The translations under genes were made by a program, and so were the position numbers. A stretch of 64,000 bases of DNA from Candidatus Latescibacterota bacterium (GTDB taxonomy: Bacteria > Latescibacterota > UBA2968 > UBA8231): assembly GCA_965217585.1 (NCBI GenBank), contig OZ244561.1, forward strand, positions 3,808,001 through 3,872,000. Reading direction: 5' to 3'. Below the pieces are notes generated by a model that had not been told where the DNA came from, searched no databases, and was given only the letters and a program-made list of their open reading frames with translations. Shown here piece by piece: positions 29,008 to 39,295 of the stretch; position 1 is the stretch's first letter, and the number at the start of each line of letters is the position of its first letter.

Positions 29008-30917
29008 CTCTAATTCTCTTGTCTTTGTCGGCGGCGATCCGAGTCGGAGCAGCCGATTCGCCCGTTGCTGTCGGCGTCCCCCCGGAAGTGCTAGATCCCC
29101 CTTGGCTGGAGAGCCGCCGTCAGGCCCAAGTGGCCGCAGCCGCAGGCTATGCGGTCTTCTGTGATTTCAGCTTCACCGACCGCCAGCCCGCAAGCGGCAT
29201 TGCCTTCCACCACCACATCGTCGATGACTCGGGGCGGCACTACCGGCCCAATCACTACGACCACGGCAATGGGATTGCCCTGGCGGACGTCGATGGCGAC
29301 GGGCGCACGGACCTCTACTTCGTCAATCAAGCCGGGCCGAACGGGCTGTGGCGCAACGTGGGCGGCGGCCAATTCGCCGACATCACCGAGCGGGGCGGCG
29401 TGGCGCTCGCCGACCGCATCGGCGTGACCGCTTCCTTCGCCGACCTAGACAACGACGGAGCACCCGACCTGTACGTCACTAACGTGCGCGTGGGCAATGT
29501 TCTCTTTCGCAACCAAGGCGACGGGCGCTTTGCGGATATTTCACAAGAGTCTGGCCTCGATCACCAGGGACATTCTTCGGCGGCCCTCTTCTTCGACTAC
29601 GACCGCGACGGACAGCTCGACCTCTTTTTGACCAATGTTGGGCGGTACACCGAGCGCGGCGATCCGGTCGCGGTTATTGGCTTTGCGCCCGAGGAGCGAC
29701 CGGATCAGTACCACTACTATGTCGGCTTCAAGGACGCCTTTGCCGGGCACCTCAAGCCCGAGCGCACCGAGCCGAGCCTGCTCTTCCGCAATGCAGGCGA
29801 AAACCGCTTTGTCGATGTGACCGAGGATGTTGGGATCAAGGCCGATGGTTGGTCTGGCGACGCGGTGCCGCTAGACGCCAACGAAGACGGCTGGCCAGAC
29901 CTATACGTACTGAACATGCAGGGGCACGACCAATACTACGAAAACGACCAAGGCCAGCGCTTTATCGACAAGAGCCTAGCGATCTTCCCGCGCACGCCGT
30001 GGGGGGCCATGTCGGCCCAGATCCTCGACTTTGACAACGACGGCCACCAAGACCTCTACATCACCGACATGCACTCGGACATGAGCGAGGACATTGGGCC
30101 GGAGCGCGAAAAGCTCAAGTCGCGCATGCAGTGGACCGAGAGCTTTCTCCGCTCGGGCGGGCGCAGCATCTACGGCAACGCCTTTTACCACCGCCAAACC
30201 GACGGCACTTACGCCGAGATTTCCGACTCCGTCGGCGCGGAAAACTACTGGCCTTGGGGGCTGAGCGCGGGCGACCTCAACGCCGACGGGTACGAAGATG
30301 TCTTTATCGCCGCCAGCATGAACTACGCCTTCCGCTACGCGGTCAACTCCTTATTGCTCAACGACCACGGCAAGGGCTTCCTCGATGCTGAATTTGCTCT
30401 TGAGGTCGAGCCGCGACGCGAGGGGCGTACGGCCATGCCGTGGTTTGTCTTAGATTGCAGTGGGGAGTACGCAGCCCATCCCGACTGCGAGGGGCGCAGC
30501 GGCCCCCACGTCTTCTGGGGGGCATTAGGATCGCGCGCGTCGGCCCTCGCCGATCTAGACGACGATGGGGACTTAGACATTGTCACTAACGAGTTCAATG
30601 CACCGCCGCTGCTGTTAATCAGCGATTTGAGCGACCAAAAAGCGGATCTCAACTTTCTCAAGATCCGCCTGATAGGCACCCGCTCCAACCGCGACGGTCT
30701 CGGCGCAGTAGTCAGCGTCCACACCCGTACCCAAACCTACACCCGAGTACACGACGGCAAGTCCGGCTACCTCTCGCAGAGCCTCTTGCCGCTCTACTTC
30801 GGACTCGGGCCGACCAGCACCGTCGAGCGCATCGAGGTGCAGTGGCCCTCTGGCACCGCGCAGACCGTCGCCGGTCCCATCGAGAGCAACCAACTCGTCG
30901 AAATCAGGGAGCCGTAG
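28998..30917 (+). CDS. FG-GAP repeat protein with ASPIC/UnbV domain (CRTAC1 family)
   Basis: Signal peptide; DVDGDGRTDLYF, DYDRDGQLDLFL, DFDNDGHQDLYI; SNRDGLGAVV...GYLSQS...YFGLG...EVQWPSG. Confidence 0.88.
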   Translation: MSLTLILLSLSAAIRVGAADSPVAVGVPPEVLDPPWLESRRQAQVAAAAGYAVFCDFSFTDRQPASGIAFHHHIVDDSGRHYRPNHYDHGNGIALADVDGDGRTDLYFVNQAGPNGLWRNVGGGQFADITERGGVALADRIGVTASFADLDNDGAPDLYVTNVRVGNVLFRNQGDGRFADISQESGLDHQGHSSAALFFDYDRDGQLDLFLTNVGRYTERGDPVAVIGFAPEERPDQYHYYVGFKDAFAGHLKPERTEPSLLFRNAGENRFVDVTEDVGIKADGWSGDAVPLDANEDGWPDLYVLNMQGHDQYYENDQGQRFIDKSLAIFPRTPWGAMSAQILDFDNDGHQDLYITDMHSDMSEDIGPEREKLKSRMQWTESFLRSGGRSIYGNAFYHRQTDGTYAEISDSVGAENYWPWGLSAGDLNADGYEDVFIAASMNYAFRYAVNSLLLNDHGKGFLDAEFALEVEPRREGRTAMPWFVLDCSGEYAAHPDCEGRSGPHVFWGALGSRASALADLDDDGDLDIVTNEFNAPPLLLISDLSDQKADLNFLKIRLIGTRSNRDGLGAVVSVHTRTQTYTRVHDGKSGYLSQSLLPLYFGLGPTSTVERIEVQWPSGTAQTVAGPIESNQLVEIREP

Positions 30918-33417
30918 CACGTCCGCGCAGTTGTTTGAATCCGCGTAGCGCTCCGCGCTCTCCGGGGTCTATTTCCCGCGCCCGCGCAAAGGCCGCCGCC
31001 GCTCGCTCCTCATCTTTTTCTAGCAAGGCAATCGTCCCGAGCACGGTGTGCCGCCGGGCAGCAAAGCGCCGTTCGAGTGCTTCGACCACCTCCGTGGGCG
31101 TGTCTACCGGTAGGTACGGTTGGGGGTTGGTAACTAGGTGTTCGGCCAAGCTCCTAAGTACGGGCAAGCCACCGCTGGTGCCACGGCGACGGCGGTCGGT
31201 AAAGCTGATGTAGGGGCGGTCGTCCGTATTGATCGGCCCGCTGCCCGCGTAGGCCGCTAGCTCCTTTTCGCCCAAGACTAAGGCGCTCAAAAAAGAGGGC
31301 GGATCGCCCAGATCCACCGAGCGCAAATTCGCCCGCACCGCTGGCTGCCCTAGCTTGCGCTCGAGCGCAGCGTAGTCTATGCGCAGTGCGCCCGGCGTGC
31401 CCAGCAGGATCGAGTACTGATGGGTCAGCCACAGCGAAGCGTGCGGATACACGGCCCGGAAGGTCCGCAGGATCATCTTGTAGTCCTCCACCGACAGCCC
31501 GTGCAGCGGTAGCCACTGCGCTACCAGTCCGTCCGGGCCGACGCGGCGGCGGCAGAGCCGGTAGAACTCCTCCGTATAGAGCACCCAGCTATCAGCCGTG
31601 CCCGGATGCGTGGCATCGCAGATGATGGCGTCGTATTGCCGCCGCGTGCGCAGCACATGATTGCGGCCATCTTCGGCGACCAGTTCGAGGGGTGCTTGGT
31701 CGAGGCGGGTGGCGATCTGGCGATTGTGGCGGGCAAAATAGGGCGCAGCTCGCGGGACGCCCGGCACCAGTTCGGCACAGTCGAGGCGCTCTGGCCGGTG
31801 CAACTCGGCTGCGGACAGGGTGATGCCACCGCCAAAAGCAATGACCAGCACCTCGGCTGGGTCGGGGTGCAAAACCAGCGGTAAGTGCCCCAGCAGGCGA
31901 AAGGTCTGCAGCGACGCGTAGTCAGTGGGGACCTCGCCTCCGCCGTTGACCTTGAGGATCCGCACGCCGTCCTGTTTCTGGTGGACCGAGACCGTGGCAC
32001 CAGCACCCTCGTCCCAGTAGAGCAAGCGGCTGTTTGGCTCGGACCAGTGGAACAACTCGACGAAAAGGCCCGCCGGCAAGAGCAGCATCAGGACCAACCC
32101 CAACGCCAAGCCGCCGACCGTGCGCACGGCCTTTCTACGCGGCTGCGCCGCCGGATCCAGCGCCAAGATCACCGCGCCGATGGCGATATTGACCCACGCC
32201 AACACCTGAATGCTCCGATAGGTCCCCAGCAGAGGCAGCAGCACAAACCCGGCGACCAGTGCGCCGGCAATGGCCCCCAGCGTATTGGCGGCGTACACAG
32301 TGCCGACGCCACGCCCTAGCTGCTCAATGCGCGGAATGCACACTTTGGCCGCAATGGGAAAGAGTAGCCCCATCAGCAGCGTCGCCGGGAGCATTACGAC
32401 GAAGGCGGCGACGAACAGCTTGGACAGATGGCCCTCCCACGAGAGCGCGCCGCCCCACGCCTCGACGATATAGGGTATGCTGCCAAAGGCGGCAATCGAG
32501 CTTAGGCCGCACAGCCCGATGAGCAGTTCCGCCGCGCCAAAGGCAGCAAGCGGCGTGCTCCAGCGATCGATCAAGCGCGCCCCGAGCGCGGCCCCACCGG
32601 CCAACCCCAGTAGGAAGGCGACGAGGATCGTGCTCAGGCTTTGGGCGGTGGCACTTTGCAGGAGCATCGCCAAAAGCCGCGTCCACAGCACCTCGTAGCC
32701 GAGGGCCACAAACCCCGAAAGCGCAAATCCCCCCAGGACCAGCCGGCCCTCTAAGGTGGTGGGTGCTGCATCCCGCTCTACGTCCGTCTGCTCCTGCTGG
32801 CCATCGCGGCTCCAGCAATAGGCGACCAAGGCGATGAGCAGGTTGCCAGCCGCCGCCGCGTAGGTGGTGCCGCTGACGCCCAGATATTCGAGCGCGAAAA
32901 AGGCCGCCACCGCGCATCCTGTGGCCGCGCCTAGGGTATTGGCCGCATACAGGCGTCCCATGTCCCCGCCGACCCGCTCTAGGCGGTGCGCCACCGCCTT
33001 GCTCAGCGTCGGCAGGGTGGCCCCCATGAGGGTGGTCGGCACCAGCAGCAGCGCAAAGGCGAGCACCAAGCGGACGAGCACAAAGGCTCCGTCTATACCT
33101 TGCAAAGAGCCGTATAGCGCCGTGTACACCTCGTCTAAGCCTGCAAGCAAAAGCGGAAATATCAGAGCGAAGACGCCGATGCCCAGTTCCAACAGCGCGT
33201 AGAGCCGCAGGCCGTTGCCCCGGCGGTCGGCCACCCGTCCGCACCAATAGCTGCCCAAGGCAAGACCGGCCATAAAGGCGGCTAGGACAATACTGACGGC
33301 AAAGGTGCTGACGCCGAACACGGGCATCAACATGCGCACCCAGACGACCTGATAGACGAGGGAGCAGGCTCCGGAAAAAAAGAACAAGATCAGCAGGGCC
33401 AAGGGGGTTTTGCTCAC
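30904..33417 (-). CDS. Fused multi-TM (MFS-like)/spermidine-synthase-like protein
   Basis: FFSGACSLVYQVVW, LYALLELGIG, LYAANTLGA (twice); C-terminal VLVIAFGGGIT, EDGRNHV, YDAIICD, LYTEEFY, AQWLP. Start is GTG 33417 or TTG 33438. Confidence 0.85.
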   Translation of the reverse strand: MSKTPLALLILFFFSGACSLVYQVVWVRMLMPVFGVSTFAVSIVLAAFMAGLALGSYWCGRVADRRGNGLRLYALLELGIGVFALIFPLLLAGLDEVYTALYGSLQGIDGAFVLVRLVLAFALLLVPTTLMGATLPTLSKAVAHRLERVGGDMGRLYAANTLGAATGCAVAAFFALEYLGVSGTTYAAAAGNLLIALVAYCWSRDGQQEQTDVERDAAPTTLEGRLVLGGFALSGFVALGYEVLWTRLLAMLLQSATAQSLSTILVAFLLGLAGGAALGARLIDRWSTPLAAFGAAELLIGLCGLSSIAAFGSIPYIVEAWGGALSWEGHLSKLFVAAFVVMLPATLLMGLLFPIAAKVCIPRIEQLGRGVGTVYAANTLGAIAGALVAGFVLLPLLGTYRSIQVLAWVNIAIGAVILALDPAAQPRRKAVRTVGGLALGLVLMLLLPAGLFVELFHWSEPNSRLLYWDEGAGATVSVHQKQDGVRILKVNGGGEVPTDYASLQTFRLLGHLPLVLHPDPAEVLVIAFGGGITLSAAELHRPERLDCAELVPGVPRAAPYFARHNRQIATRLDQAPLELVAEDGRNHVLRTRRQYDAIICDATHPGTADSWVLYTEEFYRLCRRRVGPDGLVAQWLPLHGLSVEDYKMILRTFRAVYPHASLWLTHQYSILLGTPGALRIDYAALERKLGQPAVRANLRSVDLGDPPSFLSALVLGEKELAAYAGSGPINTDDRPYISFTDRRRRGTSGGLPVLRSLAEHLVTNPQPYLPVDTPTEVVEALERRFAARRHTVLGTIALLEKDEERAAAAFARAREIDPGERGALRGFKQLRGRATAP

Positions 33418-33494
33418 GGCCGGCCCTTTGTATAACAATCCGCAGCCATTATATAAATGATAAGCATGGGTTGATTCCCCAACACTTTCAAAAA

Positions 33495-33521
33495 GTCATT
33501 CCGGCGAAAGCCGGAATCCAG
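33495..33521 (+). repeat. REP-like palindromic element GTCATTCCGGCGAAAGCCGGAATCCAG
   Basis: Hairpin ATTCCGGC-GAAA-GCCGGAAT with GTC leader and CCAG tail, matching the widespread GTCATTCC...GGAATCCAG repeat type. Confidence 0.65.
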
Positions 33522-33577
33522 AGGGGCGGTCTGAGTTGCGGTTTTCGATCCAAATTCGCACCGACAGGTCTGTCTCT

Positions 33578-33615
33578 AATTACGCTATTGAGTAAAATTA
33601 CTCAGTAGCGTAATT
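33578..33615. promoter_or_regulatory. 38-bp palindrome, candidate operator
   Basis: AATTACGCTATTGAGTAA-AA-TTACTCAGTAGCGTAATT: 18-bp arms, one mismatch, ending 8 bp before ATG 33624. Confidence 0.6.
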
Positions 33616-33623
33616 TCATCTGT

Positions 33624-34874
33624 ATGGCATCCTTCCAACGTCCTCAAGTCGCCACGCTCTATCGTCGGCTCGCCGAGCCGCCCCGGCAGCTCAGCGCCCT
33701 GTTCGGGCCGCGCCAAACCGGCAAAACCACGATTGTACGCCAAGCACTGCGGCAGATTGACCTCGCAAGCCGCTACTTGGCTGTTGACGAACCCGACTCT
33801 ACCGAATTTCGCGTCCCATCCGCTGCGACGGAGGCGACCTTCCTTGCGCCGCAGGAGCGAGACGCGGAATGGCTGGTGCGCCACTGGGAAGAAGCCCGGC
33901 GTGAGGCGGAACAATTGGGGGGATTCGTGCTGGTGTTTGACGAGATTCAGGAGATTCCTCAGTGGTCGGAGACCATAAAGGGGCTGTGGGACGCCGACCG
34001 TGCCAGAGGTTGTCCCTTACACGTGGTCATCCTCGGCTCAGCCCCGCTGCTCATGCAGTCGGGATTGAGCGAGAGCCTCGCCGGCCGCTTTGAGCCTATC
34101 CGCGTCACGCACTGGTCGTTCGACGAAATGTCCGCGGCCTTCGACTTCGACCTGCTGCACTACCTCTACTTCGGCGGCTACCCAGGCGCGGTTCCATTCG
34201 TTCGAGATCCGGATCGGTGGCGCGACTATGTCCTCGGCGCACTCGTCGAGCCGAATATCGAACGCGACCTCCTCGCCATGACTCGGGTGGACAAACCGGC
34301 GCTGCTGAAGCGGCTCTTTGAATTAGGTGCCGTCTATTCCGGGCAGATCCTGTCGTACACCAAGATGCTGGGGCAGCTCCAAGACGCCGGCAACACGACC
34401 ACCCTAGCGCGCTACCTCGATTTGCTCGCGAGCGCCGGATTGCTTGCCGGGGTGCCGAAATACGCGGGCCGAGTGCATCGGGTTCGCGCTTCAAGTCCCA
34501 AGCTCAATGTGCTCAACACGGCCCTGATGACCGCAGATTCGGGGTATTCCTTCGCTGAGGCGCAGGCAGACCGCAGCTTCTGGGGGCGCATCGTCGAGAG
34601 CGCAGTCGGCGCGCACCTGTTCAACACCGCAGCATCCGACATCCGCCTTCACTACTGGCGAGACGGGTCACACGAGGTGGACTTCGTCCTGCAACGGGGC
34701 GCTCGAATTGTCGCCATCGAAGTGAAGAGTGGCGCGAAGCGGATGCCCTTGGGAGGCATGGACGAGTTTGAGCAGCGCTTTAGTCCGCGCAGTTCTCTGC
34801 TCGTCGGGGAAGGCGGCATCCCGCTGAATGAGTTTCTCACGGTGCCCGCCCATTACTGGTTCGAGGAAGCATGA
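33624..34874 (+). CDS. AAA_14 ATPase with C-terminal DUF4143 (PD-(D/E)xK-like) domain
   Basis: Walker A GPRQTGKTT, Walker B VFDEIQ, LGSA, SLAGRF, FGGYP, WRDGSHEVDFV...IEVKSG. Confidence 0.9.
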   Translation: MASFQRPQVATLYRRLAEPPRQLSALFGPRQTGKTTIVRQALRQIDLASRYLAVDEPDSTEFRVPSAATEATFLAPQERDAEWLVRHWEEARREAEQLGGFVLVFDEIQEIPQWSETIKGLWDADRARGCPLHVVILGSAPLLMQSGLSESLAGRFEPIRVTHWSFDEMSAAFDFDLLHYLYFGGYPGAVPFVRDPDRWRDYVLGALVEPNIERDLLAMTRVDKPALLKRLFELGAVYSGQILSYTKMLGQLQDAGNTTTLARYLDLLASAGLLAGVPKYAGRVHRVRASSPKLNVLNTALMTADSGYSFAEAQADRSFWGRIVESAVGAHLFNTAASDIRLHYWRDGSHEVDFVLQRGARIVAIEVKSGAKRMPLGGMDEFEQRFSPRSSLLVGEGGIPLNEFLTVPAHYWFEEA

Positions 34875-37800
34875 GCATGATCGTCCCCCGCACCTGCACT
34901 GAGATGGATCAGCAGAAGGAGTCTCGGCCTCTCGAATCATTCCGGGATACGCCGGCCTATGTGTTGCTCGGCGATCCTGGGGCAGGCAAGACGACTGCAT
35001 TTGAGAGCGAGTGCGAGGCCCTTGAGGAGAGAGCCTACCTGATTACAGCCCGCGACTTCTTGACCTTCGACCCGCAGAGCCATCCCGAATGGCGCGACAA
35101 GACTCTCTTCATCGACGGACTCGATGAAACCCGCGTCGGTGCGAACGACGCTCGCACACCTTTCGACCAAATCCGCGGACGTCTCGATGCACTCGGAAAG
35201 CCGCGCTTTCGCCTCTCGTGTCGGGAAGCGGACTGGCTGGGAGCAAATGATCGGAGGCATCTAGAATCTGTCTCGCCGGACTCCAAAGTGACGATCCTGC
35301 GGCTCAATCCCCTGACGGATTCGGACATCGCCGACATCCTGAATGACCGACCGGACATCGGCGATGATCAGGCATTTATCGCGGCAGCCGAGGAGCGGAG
35401 AGTTTATGAACTGCTGAAGAATCCACAGACCCTCGAAATGTTGGCTGATGTTGTGGCCCAAGGCGGCGGGTGGCCGAATAGTCGCAAAGAAACTTTCGAG
35501 ATGGCCTGCGGTCAGATGGTTCGCGAGCCTAACGAGGAACATCAAGCGGCGCAGGAATCCAACAGTCCACCCGCACTTGACCAACTCATCGATGCCGCCG
35601 GACGTCTCTGTGCCGTTCAATTGATTTCGGGTACGGCCGGGTACACGTTGCACGGTCAGGAGGACGAAGATTATCTCACTCTGGACCAGTGCAACTACGA
35701 TAGCCCCGAAGCGCTCCGGTCTGCACTCGCCACGAAGTTGTTCAAGGGCGCATCCAATAACCGCTTCATCCCGGTTCATCGCCACATCGCCGAATTCCTA
35801 GGCGCTCGGCACCTCGCCCAAGTCATTGACAGGGACCCCCTCCCGGCTCGGCGCGTAATCTCCCTGATTGAGGGAAAGGATGGAGCCGTGGTTACGGAGA
35901 TGAGGGGATTATCCGCTTGGCTTGCGGCCCTTTACGAAGACGCCCGGGCGGACCTCATCGAACGCGATCCCATTGGCGTCGGGCTATACGGCGACATCCG
36001 CGAGTTCTCCATCGACGAGAAACATGCGCTGCTGGAATCCTTGAACAACGAGGGGGTTCGGCTCGATTCCGTGTGGAATATGACTGCGGCTTTTAGTGCG
36101 CTTGCCACGCCCGATATGGAACCCGTGCTCGAGTCGATCCTGAGCGACAGTAATCGCGACCGGGACCACCAGATGTTTACCGATTTCGTACTACGCGTTC
36201 TGAGGGAAGGCGGACCCCTGCCGGATCTTTCAGAGCTTCTGCTCGAAATCGTCCGCGACGACACGTGGTGGCCGCGCGTCAACTATGCCGCCCTTGATGC
36301 CTTCATCCACAACTGCTCGAACATCAAAGACAAAACGAGCAAGCTCAGAGCACTGCTAGCCGATATTCACACTGGAAGCCTTTCCGATACTGACAACGAG
36401 CTTCTCGGGACCCTGCTGACCCAACTTTACCCCCAAGAGCTGCCGCCGTCGGAAGTGTGGGACTACTTTACCGATCAAGGAAATCCCAATCTTACCGGAA
36501 GGTACAGCCTGTTCTGGGCGATTGACCTTCTCAAAGAGTCCTCGGACAAGCAGGTGGCCGAACTTCTCGACCATCTGCACGAACGCTTTTCCGGCTTGCA
36601 GCCTGTTCTGGATGTCCGACATTTAAACGATGATCTTCCTCTCAAACTTCTAGCTCGCGGCCTGAAAGCACATGGAGACCAACTGGACACGGAACATCTG
36701 TACAATTGGCTCAGCGTGCGATCTGAGAGAATAAAAAACAGCTTCAATGACCAAACCATTCGGGAGATATGCTTGTGGCTGGAGCAACGCCCCGAGGTCC
36801 AGAAGGCCGTCTTCCTAGAGGGACTGTCCCGTTGTCCCGAATCCGACGAATTCAGGCGGCATGCATTCAAAGTCCAAAACTGTCTGTACGATGCCAGCCC
36901 ACCAGCCAATTTCGGCCTCTGGTGTCTGAAACAAGCCGACGCCTTGGTGGACACCAAACCGCTAGTTGCCGAATACCTGCTCGGTCGGGCTTTCAACGAA
37001 GGTCTGTCACGCGAAGTCCTACAAGAATGCACGCAGAGAAACGAGACGTTGAAGGTGTACCTGAATCGACTGCTTGATTCTATCGCCGAGGCAACTGAAT
37101 TCGAGGAACGGCAGCAGCAAGAGGAACGGCAAGAGGAGCAGGAACGGCAGCAGCAAAAGGAGCAATGGCTTGCCTATATCCGCTCCAACAAGGACGCACT
37201 GTGCGAAAACCGAGCCGAGCCCGCTCTACTTTACAAATTGGCACGGGTGTACTTTGGACACTTCTATGATTTTAGCGGCGCTGATGGACCAGAGATCGTT
37301 GCGAAAATGCTTCGAGGCGACCGTGATTTGATCGATGCCACGCTTCGGAGCTTCCGTGGTGCGGTTGACCGGGAGGACGTTCCGGACGTCAAGGAGATTC
37401 TCAGTCTTAGAAAAAAAAGATATAGGCACAATCTTGGTCTGCCGTTTCTAGCAGGTTTAGCGGAACTCGAAAGGATAGCTCCAGAAGAAGACTCATCCCG
37501 CTGGAGCGACGATCGGATTCGTAGGGCAATTGCGTTCTATTACTGTTACTGTACGTCCCACGCGGATTATCGACCCGAATGGTATCGACGACTAATTACG
37601 GCGCGTCCTAAGATCGTTGCCGAGGTGCAGGAACAATTCGCCATTTGTGAGTTTCGCAGTGGTCGTGAGCATATCTACAAGCTCGCGGAACTCGCGCACG
37701 ACACGGACCACGCTCAAGTAGCCAAATACGCAAGCCTACCCCTGCTCCGAGCCTTTCCAATTCGCTGCAAACAAAAACAGATCGAAGACTTGGATCATCT

Positions 37801-38887
37801 GCTCCGGGCCGCAATTCAGCATGCAGACAGAGCATCGCTTGAGGAACTGATCGACAGAAAGCTATCTCGGCCGAACATGAATGTCGCCCAACGTGTGCAT
37901 TGGTTGGCGGCGGGCATCATCGTTTCGCCCGAGACGTACAATGCCCCCCTAAACCAGTTCGTACAGGTTCGAGAAAGCCGGATTCGGCACTTAGTGGCGT
38001 TCTTTGATAGCCGCGTGCAGTCCTCGTTTGATGTGTTGGAGACTCTGGGATTGGAACTCCTCATCCACCTCGTCGGAAGCCATGTCGGACCCAATAAGTG
38101 GGACAGGCAGGTTACGCCTGCAATGCAAGCCTCTCGCCTTGTCAACGACCTGATACAACGTCTCGCCGCTTCTCCCACCAAGGACGCGAGTGACGCCTTG
38201 GATCGCCTCCTTGCCGAGCCTGCGCTATCCCGCTGGCGCGACGTACTCTCCCAAGCGCGAGATGCCCAACGGGTGACTTGGCGCGACGCCAGCTATCGCC
38301 ACTTCACTATCGAGCAGGTCTGCCAGACGTTGAATGACGGTACGCCCGCCAACGCCGCCGACCTCGCAGCTCTTTTGATGGATCGCTTCGATGAGATCTC
38401 GGATCGAATCAGTACGAACAATGCCAATTATTGGCGTCCGTACTGGAACGAAGACAAAGACCAGAACCCTACAAATCCGAAACACGAGAATTCCTGTCGA
38501 GATGCGCTGCTCCGTGATCTACGTCTGTACTTCCCCACTGCCGAACCCGAGGTACAGCATATAGGCAACACACGAACCGATATATGTGTTGTCTATCCAG
38601 ATTTTCGAGTACCGGTGGAAATCAAGAAGAACTCGCATCAAAAATTCTGGAGTTCCCTGCGAAACCAGTTGATCGCCCAGTACACGATTGACCCGGACAC
38701 GGACGGCTACGGGATTTACTTGGTGTTTTGGTTTGGCGAAATCGACGGATGCCGCACGAAGTCACCTCCCTCCGGCACCCGCCCCACTAACGCCGAAGAA
38801 CTGAAAAAACGACTAGAAGCAACCCTATCGCCCAACGAAGCGCGCAAAATCTCGGTCTGCGTGATCGACGTAAGCCGACCAGACTAA
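34871..38887 (+). CDS. STAND/NACHT-like NTPase (1338 aa) with C-terminal PD-(D/E)xK nuclease-like domain
   Basis: GDPGAGKTT, FIDGLDE, LSCR, NPQTL, HRHIAEFLGA; long helical middle; C-terminal PEVQH...RTDI...PVEIKK...QL..QY...GIYLVFWFG. ATGA overlap with the upstream gene. Confidence 0.75.
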   Translation: MSMIVPRTCTEMDQQKESRPLESFRDTPAYVLLGDPGAGKTTAFESECEALEERAYLITARDFLTFDPQSHPEWRDKTLFIDGLDETRVGANDARTPFDQIRGRLDALGKPRFRLSCREADWLGANDRRHLESVSPDSKVTILRLNPLTDSDIADILNDRPDIGDDQAFIAAAEERRVYELLKNPQTLEMLADVVAQGGGWPNSRKETFEMACGQMVREPNEEHQAAQESNSPPALDQLIDAAGRLCAVQLISGTAGYTLHGQEDEDYLTLDQCNYDSPEALRSALATKLFKGASNNRFIPVHRHIAEFLGARHLAQVIDRDPLPARRVISLIEGKDGAVVTEMRGLSAWLAALYEDARADLIERDPIGVGLYGDIREFSIDEKHALLESLNNEGVRLDSVWNMTAAFSALATPDMEPVLESILSDSNRDRDHQMFTDFVLRVLREGGPLPDLSELLLEIVRDDTWWPRVNYAALDAFIHNCSNIKDKTSKLRALLADIHTGSLSDTDNELLGTLLTQLYPQELPPSEVWDYFTDQGNPNLTGRYSLFWAIDLLKESSDKQVAELLDHLHERFSGLQPVLDVRHLNDDLPLKLLARGLKAHGDQLDTEHLYNWLSVRSERIKNSFNDQTIREICLWLEQRPEVQKAVFLEGLSRCPESDEFRRHAFKVQNCLYDASPPANFGLWCLKQADALVDTKPLVAEYLLGRAFNEGLSREVLQECTQRNETLKVYLNRLLDSIAEATEFEERQQQEERQEEQERQQQKEQWLAYIRSNKDALCENRAEPALLYKLARVYFGHFYDFSGADGPEIVAKMLRGDRDLIDATLRSFRGAVDREDVPDVKEILSLRKKRYRHNLGLPFLAGLAELERIAPEEDSSRWSDDRIRRAIAFYYCYCTSHADYRPEWYRRLITARPKIVAEVQEQFAICEFRSGREHIYKLAELAHDTDHAQVAKYASLPLLRAFPIRCKQKQIEDLDHLLRAAIQHADRASLEELIDRKLSRPNMNVAQRVHWLAAGIIVSPETYNAPLNQFVQVRESRIRHLVAFFDSRVQSSFDVLETLGLELLIHLVGSHVGPNKWDRQVTPAMQASRLVNDLIQRLAASPTKDASDALDRLLAEPALSRWRDVLSQARDAQRVTWRDASYRHFTIEQVCQTLNDGTPANAADLAALLMDRFDEISDRISTNNANYWRPYWNEDKDQNPTNPKHENSCRDALLRDLRLYFPTAEPEVQHIGNTRTDICVVYPDFRVPVEIKKNSHQKFWSSLRNQLIAQYTIDPDTDGYGIYLVFWFGEIDGCRTKSPPSGTRPTNAEELKKRLEATLSPNEARKISVCVIDVSRPD

Positions 38888-38899
38888 TCGCAACAATCG

Positions 38900-39295
38900 C
38901 TATCCGGCGTTTTCAATCGGCTGGTGGAAGTAGTAGCAAAGCCCGTCGGGAGCGATTACGAAGAAAACCTGGTATCTCTTTCCATCGCGCTCGTCCACGC
39001 GCCAATTGCCCGTCTCGACGCCTTTCGCCTCTAGCTCGTCGCGGGCCTTGTGGATGTCATTCACCAAAATAGCCGCGCCTTCTTGGCTGGCGTCGCCGCC
39101 GTTGACCGCAAACCCGATCTGCACATCGTCGCGTTCGAGAATGACCGTCGGCACGGGATCGTCGCGCCTTTCGACCTCGACGAGTCCAAAGGCTGCGCCG
39201 TACCACTTCGCGGTTTGGTCGAGATCTTCCACCGGCAAGGCGAGGATGTCCTCGGCATACGGAAAAGCGGCTTCGTATAGTTTCTCTGAAATCAT
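38900..39295 (-). CDS. VOC/glyoxalase family protein
   Basis: LPVEDLDQTAKWY...FG; VNDIHKARDELEAKGV; FFVIAPDG. Confidence 0.8.
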   Translation of the reverse strand: MISEKLYEAAFPYAEDILALPVEDLDQTAKWYGAAFGLVEVERRDDPVPTVILERDDVQIGFAVNGGDASQEGAAILVNDIHKARDELEAKGVETGNWRVDERDGKRYQVFFVIAPDGLCYYFHQPIENAG

